From: Synechococcus sp. A15-28
GTDB taxonomy: Bacteria > Cyanobacteriota > Cyanobacteriia > PCC-6307 > Cyanobiaceae
Direction: 5' to 3'
Assembly (NCBI RefSeq): GCF_014280175.1
Contig: NZ_CP047931.1
Location: 660,001-692,000, forward strand
Length of the DNA stretch: 32,000 nucleotides
The notes beneath the pieces are model-generated. The model was not told the DNA's origin. It made no database searches and saw nothing but the letters and a program-made list of their open reading frames with translations. Below, piece by piece: positions 9,724-17,268 of this stretch. The translations under genes were made by a program, and so were the position numbers. Within the stretch, counting starts at the first letter, position 1. The number at the start of each line of letters is the position of its first letter.

Positions 9724-9781
9724 AACAGTGGGTTTTGCATGAAAGAATTGTGCTTAATCCTGCTCGTTGGCGCGACCTCCC

Positions 9782-9898
9782 ATGATCGAACCCCTGCTTT
9801 GCGGCATTGTTCTGGGACTGATTCCCGTCACGCTTCTTGGATTGTTCGTGGCTGCCTGGAATCAATACCGTCGCGGTGGCAGCGCTCTCGGCGGCTGA
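9782..9898 (+). CDS. petG: cytochrome b6-f complex subunit 5 (PetG)
   Basis: Below the ORF-track size cut-off. Manual translation gives [38 protein letters not shown] (38 aa), a close match to the conserved PetG sequence. ATG at 9782, TGA at 9896..9898. Confidence 0.93.
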   Translation: MIEPLLCGIVLGLIPVTLLGLFVAAWNQYRRGGSALGG

Positions 9899-10448
9899 TC
9901 AAGACGAGGGAACTGGTTCCGTAGCGGCGTTGATCCACCACGGTCCAGTCCTCTCCAGGACTTGGTGGTTGACCTGAACGGTGTTCGCAGATCAACAGAC
10001 CATCGGGCTCGAGCCACGGCTGCTTCCCGAGTAGTGCAAGCGTCTTTTGGTAGAGACCTCCGTCGTAGGGAGGATCGAAGTAAATCAGATCAAAGCCGCT
10101 TTCTTGCCAGTCCTGCTGCAACCAAAGCAGCACGTCGCGTTTGACAACCTTCACCTTGGTCTGGGCTGCGTGGGACGTCGCGACAGCCTCCAGATTGCGT
10201 TTGCAGATGCTCGCGCAGCGCGGATCCCGCTCCACGGCCGTGACCGAGCGAGCTCCGCGTTCGATCGCTTCACAGGCCATCACGCCGCTGCCGCTGCAGA
10301 GGTCAAGCCAGCGGCAATCCATCAAACGCGGTCGAACAATGTTCATCACGGCTTCGCGGACCCTGGCTGTGGTCGGTCGCGTTGCGCTTCCCCGCGGGCT
10401 GAGCAGGCGTCGACCACTGATCAGGCGCAATTGCCCTGATCCATTCAT
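9828..10448 (-). CDS. rsmD: 16S rRNA (guanine966-N2)-methyltransferase RsmD
   Basis: [15 protein letters not shown]...[19 protein letters not shown]...DLIYFDPPY are the RsmD motifs. Start chosen at ATG 10448, which makes an ATGA overlap with the hisH stop; the track ORF begins at 10487. The 3' end overlaps petG on the opposite strand. Confidence 0.88.
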   Translation of the reverse strand: MNGSGQLRLISGRRLLSPRGSATRPTTARVREAVMNIVRPRLMDCRWLDLCSGSGVMACEAIERGARSVTAVERDPRCASICKRNLEAVATSHAAQTKVKVVKRDVLLWLQQDWQESGFDLIYFDPPYDGGLYQKTLALLGKQPWLEPDGLLICEHRSGQPPSPGEDWTVVDQRRYGTSSLVLISRRERCHRDGIDSRQPRTIQEA

Positions 10449-11086
10449 GCGCTGATCGGGGCGCCCTGGTGAAGCCAAGACAACCATCGCTCGAGCATGG
10501 CGCTACCGCTGTCCGCGGATTTTTCCGGATGGAACTGACAAGCGCCCAATCGGCGTTGCCACACCATCGCGGTGACGGACGACCTTCCGAAGGGTGCCGC
10601 GGCAGCCAGCGTTTCGGAATGTTGTGGCACCGCTGCATAGCTGTGCACGAAATACACCCAGGACTCGGGGTCTGAGGGGCCCAGCATGGGATTGGCTCGC
10701 TTGAGCTCCAATGGGGCCCAACCCATATGGGGTATCCGGGCACCCTGGTCAGCGGGCAAACGTTCCACGTGGCCCTGGATGAGACCAAGGCCCTCACGAT
10801 TGCCCTCACGACTGGATTCGAACAGCAACTGAAGACCAAGGCATATGCCGAGCAGTGGACGGTCGTCCCGGCTCCAGCGTTGAAGATCAGGAACCAACCC
10901 CGTCGACTGGAGATTCTCCATGGCTGGGTCAAACGATCCGACGCCAGGCAGGACGAGGGCATCGCATCTGTTGAGACCCTCAGGGCTCGAGATCCGTGCG
11001 GTTTCATGACCAAGGCGATTGAAGGCTTTCTCCACGGAGTGGAGGTTGCCCATGCCGTAATCGATCAGACCAAGGTTGAGTCCCAA
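10445..11086 (-). CDS. hisH: imidazole glycerol phosphate synthase, glutamine amidotransferase subunit HisH
   Basis: 213 aa. IDYGMGNLHSV..A...G, PGVGSF, catalytic GICLGLQLL and HSY near the C-terminal part. Confidence 0.95.
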   Translation of the reverse strand: MGLNLGLIDYGMGNLHSVEKAFNRLGHETARISSPEGLNRCDALVLPGVGSFDPAMENLQSTGLVPDLQRWSRDDRPLLGICLGLQLLFESSREGNREGLGLIQGHVERLPADQGARIPHMGWAPLELKRANPMLGPSDPESWVYFVHSYAAVPQHSETLAAAAPFGRSSVTAMVWQRRLGACQFHPEKSADSGSAMLERWLSWLHQGAPISA

Positions 11087-11112
11087 TCAGCTTTCCCCTA
11101 GTGAATTAGGGC

Positions 11113-11436
11113 TCAGAGGTACTTGGAAATCGTGCCGGAAAGCGTTGCCTTGGGAACGGCACCCACAACGGTGTCGACTTTCTGCCCCCCTTTGAACACC
11201 ATCAACGTTGGAATGCTGCGAATGCCGTACTGGCTTGCAACGTTGGGGTTCTCATCTGTATTCAGCTTGAAAACCTTGATTTGGCCATCAAACTCTTTGG
11301 CGATTTCTTCAACGATGGGAGCCACCATGCGGCATGGACCACACCAAGGGGCCCAGAAGTCGACCAGAACCGGGACGTCGCTCTGCAGGACGTCCTGCTC
11401 GAAAGAGGCGTCGGTGACCGCAGCGGCGCTGGACAT
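11113..11436 (-). CDS. trxA: thioredoxin
   Basis: WCGPC active site ([13 protein letters not shown]). A 107-aa product if started at Met MSSAAAVTD (ATG 11436). The track ORF start at 11484 adds an unlikely 16-aa extension. Confidence 0.95.
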   Translation of the reverse strand: MSSAAAVTDASFEQDVLQSDVPVLVDFWAPWCGPCRMVAPIVEEIAKEFDGQIKVFKLNTDENPNVASQYGIRSIPTLMVFKGGQKVDTVVGAVPKATLSGTISKYL

Positions 11437-11530
11437 ATGGTCGAAATGATGTGAACGGAATTTAGCAACATTGAACCGACTCAACAGCCCAGATCACTGC
11501 AGTGATGGGAACTGTGATGGTTCGCGCAGG

Positions 11531-11593
11531 AAGAGTGAAAGCCCGAGCGCGTCGGGCCGGGGGGTGTGAGGAGTGTGTGGGCATGGCCCGCAC
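11531..11593 (-). ncRNA. yfr1: Yfr1 small regulatory RNA (candidate, ~63 nt)
   Basis: The ultraconserved Yfr1 11-mer ACUCCUCACAC is on the minus strand (reverse complement of 11564..11574). Before it is the stem-loop GUGCGGGC-CAU-GCCCACAC. After it is the GC stem-loop GCCCGA-CGCGC-UCGGGC (11541..11557) and a U-rich tail UUUCACUCUU. A TAnnnT box (TAGTGT) lies 7 nt upstream of the proposed 5' end. The locus lies in the guaB-trxA spacer, which as far as I recall is the Yfr1 position in marine picocyanobacteria. Ends are approximate. Strand choice is discussed in findings. Confidence 0.7.
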
Positions 11594-11604
11594 ACTCCTC
11601 ACAC
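11564..11604. repeat. 19-bp inverted repeat (one mismatch/GU) with 3-nt loop; places the Yfr1 11-mer on both strands
   Basis: Left arm gtgtgaggagtgtgtgggc (11564..11582), loop atg, right arm gcccgcacactcctcacac (11586..11604). Read directly from the sequence. Confidence 0.9.
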
Positions 11605-11614
11605 TAGCCCTCAC

Positions 11615-12778
11615 TTATTTGCCCATCCCGAGGTGCTGGGCTTTTTGGTACGCCTTGCCCTCCGTCAACAATGATGGGGCCACCACAACCTCCACGTTCT
11701 GCATGTCTCGGATCGTGCGGGCTCCGAGGGTCCCCATGGAGGTCTTGAGGCAGCCCAACAGGTTATGGGTGCCGTCGTCGAGCTTGGCCGGTCCTCGAAG
11801 GATGCGTTCCAGCGAGCCCGTGCTGCCGACGTTGATGCGTGTGCCCCTGGGCAGAACCGGGCTTGGAGTGGCCATACCCCAGTGGAACCCTCGGCCGGGC
11901 GCCTCCTCTGAGCGGGCGATCGGCGAGCCGACCATCACAGCGTCCGCTCCGCAGGCGATGCATTTGCAGATGTCGCCTCCCGTCACGATCCCACCATCGG
12001 CAACGATCGGCACATACCGGCCTGTTTCCTTCTCATAGTCAGAGCGGGCGGCAGCGCAGTCCGCCACTGCTGTGGCCTGGGGGACGCCGACGCCAAGGAC
12101 GCCGCGGGATGTGCAGGCGGCTCCTGGTCCAATCCCCACCATCACGCCTGCAGCTCCGGCACGCATCAGCTGCAGGGCAACGTCGTAGGTCACGCAGTTG
12201 CCGATGATCACAGGAACCCCCATGTCACGGCAGAGTCCCTCCAGATCCAGGGTGGCCTGTCCCTCAGGGCCGATGTGGGCGGTGGACACCACCGTCGCTT
12301 GCACGAAAAACAGATCAGCACCCGCTTCGGCAATGGCCGATCCAAACCGGAGGGCTGCAACAGGTGTTCCACTTACGGCAGCAATGCCACCGCCGCGCTT
12401 GATCTCCTGAATCCGCTGACGGATCAGCTCCTCTTGCACGGGCTGGCTGTAGATCTCCTGCATCAAGGGGACAAACCTGTCCTTGCCGACAGCAGCGATG
12501 CGATCGAGAACAGCGTTTGGATCGGCGTAGCGGGTCTGGACGCCTTCCAGGTTGAGGACCCCAAGGGCCCCGAGGTTGGAGAGCCGGATCGCCATGTCCA
12601 CATCGACAACACCATCCATGGCACTGGCGATGATCGGAATCTCCCGTTCGATACCACCGAGGCTCCAGCGGGTGTCCGTCACCTCCGGGTCGACGGTGCG
12701 ACCTCCGGGCACGAGGGCAATTTCATCAATTCCATAGGCCCGGCGAACGGTCTTGGAGCGTCCGAGCTGAATGTCCAC
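11615..12778 (-). CDS. guaB: IMP dehydrogenase family protein (short form without a CBS insert)
   Basis: 387 aa. N-terminus (GTG start) [24 protein letters not shown], catalytic loop [20 protein letters not shown] and IADGGI. Confidence 0.88.
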   Translation of the reverse strand: MDIQLGRSKTVRRAYGIDEIALVPGGRTVDPEVTDTRWSLGGIEREIPIIASAMDGVVDVDMAIRLSNLGALGVLNLEGVQTRYADPNAVLDRIAAVGKDRFVPLMQEIYSQPVQEELIRQRIQEIKRGGGIAAVSGTPVAALRFGSAIAEAGADLFFVQATVVSTAHIGPEGQATLDLEGLCRDMGVPVIIGNCVTYDVALQLMRAGAAGVMVGIGPGAACTSRGVLGVGVPQATAVADCAAARSDYEKETGRYVPIVADGGIVTGGDICKCIACGADAVMVGSPIARSEEAPGRGFHWGMATPSPVLPRGTRINVGSTGSLERILRGPAKLDDGTHNLLGCLKTSMGTLGARTIRDMQNVEVVVAPSLLTEGKAYQKAQHLGMGK

Positions 12779-12785
12779 CGTGCGT

Positions 12786-12805
12786 CTTGATGAAGTCTCA
12801 TCAAG
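12786..12805 (-). promoter_or_regulatory. perfect 8-bp hairpin 7 nt upstream of the guaB GTG start
   Basis: cttgatga-agtc-tcatcaag, read directly. It lies between the CAAD gene stop (12834) and the guaB start (12778). Confidence 0.35.
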
Positions 12806-12833
12806 CTACCAATCGGGTTGCGGCGAGCTGTGC

Positions 12834-13310
12834 TCAGCGACCGACAACCCGTTGCCAGCGGCCCACCAGCCCATCCAGAACCTTTCTGCGGTCGCTGCTG
12901 CGCACCAGATTGCGAACCGAAAAATTGGCCACCCAGATCAAGCCGGCCAGTTCAAACAACCCTGATGCCAGCGGCACAGCATCGATTGTGCGAAGAATGC
13001 CTCCATAGATCTGGAGAACAATGATCAGGACGATCAAGCCTCCCAACAGTCGAAGCGGGCCTTTCAGCTGGGTCCACTGGTTCTGGAGCTGATCGGTGTC
13101 GACCAACCCTTGAACCTTCTCTTTCAACAGATCCCATTCCCCTCCGGAAGCGTCCGCGTCAGCTGGGATCGTGACCGTTTCTGCGATGGCAGGGTCGGGG
13201 GTGGGCTCTGGAGCCACCGGCGCTGGTTCCGGTGTGGCGGAGGGCGTCGGGACGGGGACGGAACTGGCGTTGTCGACGTTGGCAGGAGATTCGTCGATGG
13301 GTCCCATCAC
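12834..13310 (-). CDS. CAAD-domain (CurT/CURT1-like) thylakoid membrane protein
   Basis: 158 aa. Pro/Ala-rich N-terminus followed by two hydrophobic helices (LLGGLIVLIIVLQIYGGIL and LFELAGLIWVANF) and a basic tail, the architecture of cyanobacterial CAAD/CurT proteins. Confidence 0.75.
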   Translation of the reverse strand: MMGPIDESPANVDNASSVPVPTPSATPEPAPVAPEPTPDPAIAETVTIPADADASGGEWDLLKEKVQGLVDTDQLQNQWTQLKGPLRLLGGLIVLIIVLQIYGGILRTIDAVPLASGLFELAGLIWVANFSVRNLVRSSDRRKVLDGLVGRWQRVVGR

Positions 13311-13346
13311 ATCCAGAAATTTGACCTGGAGCTTATCGGAGGTTTT

Positions 13347-13397
13347 CGGCCTTGATTCCTTCTCGGAGATAAACTGAAGGCCGGTGGTTTTTCGTTT
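13347..13397 (+). promoter_or_regulatory. terminator-like stem-loop plus U-run immediately 5' of the gyrA start codon
   Basis: cggcctt (13347..13353) pairs with aaggccg (13377..13383), a 7-bp stem with a 23-nt loop. It is followed by gtggtttttcgtttgt and then ATG at 13400. Confidence 0.35.
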
Positions 13398-13399
13398 GT

Positions 13400-16012
13400 A
13401 TGGCGGATTCTGTGGGACCAGGAGGCGGCGGTCCCGGCGATTCCGACGATCGAATCATTCAGGCGGATCTTCGCAACGAGATGTCGCGCTCCTACCTGGA
13501 GTATGCGATGAGCGTGATCGTGGGACGGGCCCTGCCCGATGCCCGCGACGGTCTCAAGCCGGTGCATCGCCGCATCCTTTACGCCATGTACGAGTTGGGG
13601 CTGACAAGCGATCGCCCCTACAGGAAATGTGCCCGTGTTGTGGGCGAAGTGCTTGGCAAATATCACCCCCATGGTGATACCGCCGTGTACGACGCCCTGG
13701 TGCGCATGGCCCAGGACTTCTCCATGTCGATGCCCTTGATCGACGGGCACGGCAACTTCGGGTCGGTGGACAACGATCCGCCGGCGGCCATGCGTTACAC
13801 GGAGTCCCGGTTGCAGGCGCTGACCACCGACAGCCTGCTGGAGGACATCGAGGCGGAGACCGTTGACTTCGCCGACAACTTCGACGGGTCTCAGCAGGAA
13901 CCAACGGTGCTTCCGGCTCGGATTCCTCAGCTGCTGCTGAATGGTTCAGCCGGCATCGCCGTCGGGATGGCGACGAACATCCCGCCCCACAACCTCAACG
14001 AGCTGATCAGTGGCCTGCTGGCGCTGATCGAGAACCCCGACATCACGGATCAGGAGTTGATCCGGCTGATCCCTGGCCCCGACTTCCCCACTGGAGGACA
14101 GGTCCTGGGCCGTGACGGGATCCGCGAAACCTATCTGGGGGGGCGTGGCTCCATCACCATGCGTGGGGTGGCGGCGATTGAAACGATCGAAGCCCCCGGT
14201 CGCCCGGACCGCGATGCGGTGATCATCACGGAGTTGCCCTATCAGACCAACAAAGCAGCGCTGATTGAGCGGATCGCAGAGCTGGTCAACGACAAGAAGC
14301 TGGAGGGCATCTCGGACATCCGCGATGAGAGCGATCGCGATGGCATGCGGATCGTGGTGGAGCTGCGCCGTGATGCCTACCCGCAGGTGGTGCTGAACAA
14401 TCTGTTCAAGCTCACGTCGCTGCAGAGCAACTTCAGTGCCTACATGTTGGCGCTGGTCAACGGTGAGCCGATCCTGCTCACCCTGCGCAAGATGCTCGAG
14501 GTGTTTCTCGACTTCCGTGTCGAGACGATTGAGCGCCGCACCCGCTACCTGCTGCGCAAGGCCGAAGAACGCGATCACATCCTCCTCGGCCTGCTTCTAG
14601 CGCTGGATCAGTTGGATCCGATCATTGCCCTGATCAGAGCAGCCCCCGATACGGCGACGGCCCGCCAGCAGCTGCAGGATCGTCATGGCCTCAGCGACAT
14701 CCAGGCTGACGCCATCCTGCAGATGCAGCTACGGCGTCTCACAGCGCTGGAGGCCGACAAGATCCGGCTTGAGCACGAGGATCTGGTCACCAAAATTGCG
14801 GATTACAAGGACATCCTCGGCCGGCGTGAACGGGTGTTCGGGATCATTCAGGACGAACTCAACCAACTCAGCGAGCGCTACACAACACCGCGTCGTACAG
14901 AGATTCTCGATCTCGGGGGTGGGCTTGAAGACATCGATCTGATCGCCAACGAGCGTTCCGTGGTTCTGGTCACCGAAACCGGCTACCTGAAACGGATGCC
15001 CGTGAGTGAGTTTGAGGCCACCAGCCGAGGCACCCGTGGCAAAGCCGGCACCCGCAGCCAGGGGGAGGAAGCCGTGAAGCTGTTCATCAGCTGCAACGAC
15101 CACGACACCCTGCTGCTGTTCAGTGACCGTGGTGTGTCCTATGCCCTGCCGGCTTACCGGGTGCCGCAGTGCAGCCGGACGGCCAAGGGCACGCCGGTGG
15201 TGCAGTTGCTGCCCATTCCGAGAGAGGAGGCGATCACATCGCTGCTTGCCGTGTCGGAGTTCAACGACGACATGGACCTGTTGATGCTGACCAGCGGCGG
15301 GTTCATCAAGCGCACCCGTCTTTCTGCCTTCAGCAACATCCGCTCCAATGGCCTGATCGCCATCAACCTGGAAGAGGGCGATGCGTTGAGCTGGGTTCGT
15401 CTGGCGGTGCCAGGCGACAGCGTGCTGATCGGATCCAATGCGGGGATGACCATTCACTTCCGCCTCAGTGATGAGGAACTGCGTCCCCTGGGCCGCACGG
15501 CTCGCGGCGTACGCGCAATGAATCTGCGCAATGGAGATGCCCTGGTGAGCATGGATGTGCTCCCGGTGGAGCTGGCGGATCGGATCGCCCAGAGCGCAGA
15601 GGATGAGGAGGAGGAGGACGACGATGCCTCATCCGGCGATGGCCCATGGGTGCTGGTGGCCTCGGCGTCCGGTCTGGGCAAACGCGTGCCGGTGACCCAG
15701 TTCCGTCTGCAGAAGCGTGCCGGCATGGGCCTGCGGGCGATGAAGTTCCGCACGCAGGACGATGCACTTGTCGGTCTGCGGGTGCTCGGTGCTGGTGAGG
15801 AGGTGCTGTTGGTCAGCGAGAAAGGGGTGATCGTGCGCACCAGTGCTGATGCCATACCCCAGCAGTCGAGGGCTGCAACGGGGGTGCGTCTGCAGCGACT
15901 GGATAAAGGCGATCGTCTGTCGGAAGTGGTTCTGGTACCGCCGGAGGCGGACGATGAATCTGCTGATGACAGCTCCTCTGACAACACAGAAGCTGACGCG
16001 CAGGACAGCTGA
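13400..16012 (+). CDS. gyrA: DNA gyrase subunit A
   Basis: 870 aa. [35 protein letters not shown], active-site region AAMRYTE, GyrA-box-type C-terminal beta-pinwheel repeats and an acidic C-terminal tail. Confidence 0.97.
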   Translation: MADSVGPGGGGPGDSDDRIIQADLRNEMSRSYLEYAMSVIVGRALPDARDGLKPVHRRILYAMYELGLTSDRPYRKCARVVGEVLGKYHPHGDTAVYDALVRMAQDFSMSMPLIDGHGNFGSVDNDPPAAMRYTESRLQALTTDSLLEDIEAETVDFADNFDGSQQEPTVLPARIPQLLLNGSAGIAVGMATNIPPHNLNELISGLLALIENPDITDQELIRLIPGPDFPTGGQVLGRDGIRETYLGGRGSITMRGVAAIETIEAPGRPDRDAVIITELPYQTNKAALIERIAELVNDKKLEGISDIRDESDRDGMRIVVELRRDAYPQVVLNNLFKLTSLQSNFSAYMLALVNGEPILLTLRKMLEVFLDFRVETIERRTRYLLRKAEERDHILLGLLLALDQLDPIIALIRAAPDTATARQQLQDRHGLSDIQADAILQMQLRRLTALEADKIRLEHEDLVTKIADYKDILGRRERVFGIIQDELNQLSERYTTPRRTEILDLGGGLEDIDLIANERSVVLVTETGYLKRMPVSEFEATSRGTRGKAGTRSQGEEAVKLFISCNDHDTLLLFSDRGVSYALPAYRVPQCSRTAKGTPVVQLLPIPREEAITSLLAVSEFNDDMDLLMLTSGGFIKRTRLSAFSNIRSNGLIAINLEEGDALSWVRLAVPGDSVLIGSNAGMTIHFRLSDEELRPLGRTARGVRAMNLRNGDALVSMDVLPVELADRIAQSAEDEEEEDDDASSGDGPWVLVASASGLGKRVPVTQFRLQKRAGMGLRAMKFRTQDDALVGLRVLGAGEEVLLVSEKGVIVRTSADAIPQQSRAATGVRLQRLDKGDRLSEVVLVPPEADDESADDSSSDNTEADAQDS

Positions 16013-16014
16013 CC

Positions 16015-17268
16015 TTGGCTGAGCCGGTGGATGTGCTGGTGCTGGGGGGCGGTCCTGCTGCCCTCTGCATCGCTTCGGAACTGAACCAACGGGGTGTGGC
16101 TGTTGCGGGTATCGCCCCCGGTCCGGTCGACGATCCCTGGCCGAACACCTACGGCATCTGGGCCGATGAACTCAAAGCGGTAGGGCTTGAGCAGCTGCTG
16201 GAGCACCGCTGGAGCGAAACCGTCAGTTATTTCGGCACAGGCGGCACAACGGCTCAGGATCAGAGCCATGCCCACGGGATCGACTACGGCCTGTTCGATC
16301 GGGCGGCATTGCAGCGCCATTGGCTGGAGCGGGCCGACGGCGTGGTCTGGCATCAAGACACCGCTGAACGGGTGGAGTTGAAGGGTTCAACCACAAGCGT
16401 CAGCTGCGCATCGGGAAGCACGTTGCAGGCGCGCTTGGTGATTGATGCCTCCGGTTCGCGCACGCCCCACATCCGTCGCCCCGATCAGGGGCCGGTGGCG
16501 GGCCAAGCGGCCTACGGCGTGGTGGGGCGTTTCTCCAAGCCTCCGATCGAGGAGGGTCGGTTTGTGTTGATGGATTACCGCTGCGATCACCTCAGTGCAG
16601 CGCAACGCCAGGAACCACCCACGTTCCTGTACGCGATGGATCTGGGCGATGAGGTGTTCTTCGTGGAGGAAACCTCACTCGCCCTGGCTCCGGGTGTTCG
16701 CTACGACGTACTCAAGCAACGGCTCCAGCAGCGCCTGGATCGGCGCGGCGTGGAGATCACCGAGGTGATCCATGAGGAGTTCTGCCTCTTCCCGATGAAC
16801 CTGCCGCTGCCGGATCGCAACCAGCCGGTGCTGGCCTTTGGTGGTGCGGCGAGCATGGTGCATCCGGCCTCGGGTTACATGGTGGGATCGCTGCTGCGGC
16901 GGGGGCCTGATCTGGCCCAGGCCACTTCCGTAGCTCTCGCCAATCCAAGCCTTGGTTCAGCAGCGTTGGCACAACGGGGTTGGCAAGCGCTCTGGCCGGT
17001 CGAATTGGTGCTGCGCCATCAGCTGTATCAGTTCGGTTTGGGCCGCTTGATGGGCTTTAACGAAGCCTTGCTGCGCACCCACTTCGCCACCTTCTTTTCG
17101 CTGCCGCGGGAGGAGTGGTTTGGCTTCCTCACCAACACGCTGCCGTTGCCGCGATTGATGGGGGTGATGCTGCGCTTGTTTGCCTTATCCCCCTGGGAGC
17201 TCCGCCGTGGACTGGTGCTGGGAGCTGGTACGGCTCAGCGCCCGACTTTCGACCAGTCCAGCGGCTGA
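16015..17268 (+). CDS. crtL: lycopene cyclase, CrtL type
   Basis: 417 aa. N-terminal FAD/NAD fold DVLVLGGGPAALCIASEL and CrtL-like conserved blocks (FLYAMD, FGGAASMVHPASGY). TTG start 3 nt after the gyrA stop; GTG 16027 is an alternative. Confidence 0.88.
   Translation: MAEPVDVLVLGGGPAALCIASELNQRGVAVAGIAPGPVDDPWPNTYGIWADELKAVGLEQLLEHRWSETVSYFGTGGTTAQDQSHAHGIDYGLFDRAALQRHWLERADGVVWHQDTAERVELKGSTTSVSCASGSTLQARLVIDASGSRTPHIRRPDQGPVAGQAAYGVVGRFSKPPIEEGRFVLMDYRCDHLSAAQRQEPPTFLYAMDLGDEVFFVEETSLALAPGVRYDVLKQRLQQRLDRRGVEITEVIHEEFCLFPMNLPLPDRNQPVLAFGGAASMVHPASGYMVGSLLRRGPDLAQATSVALANPSLGSAALAQRGWQALWPVELVLRHQLYQFGLGRLMGFNEALLRTHFATFFSLPREEWFGFLTNTLPLPRLMGVMLRLFALSPWELRRGLVLGAGTAQRPTFDQSSG

Noticed and set aside
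9739-9924. A 61-aa + ORF from the track covering the petG region in another frame.
   Set aside because: The overlapping 38-aa frame is a near-exact PetG sequence, while the 61-aa product has no recognisable features.
11575-11646. The plus-strand version of Yfr1: stem-loop 11575..11593, 11-mer 11594..11604, hairpin 11621..11641 plus T5.
   Set aside because: No TAnnnT -10 element lies upstream on the + strand, since the mirror position reads GGGTGT. The terminator hairpin is weak (5 bp with an 11-nt loop) and lies inside guaB codons. It remains an alternative until strand-specific data are checked.
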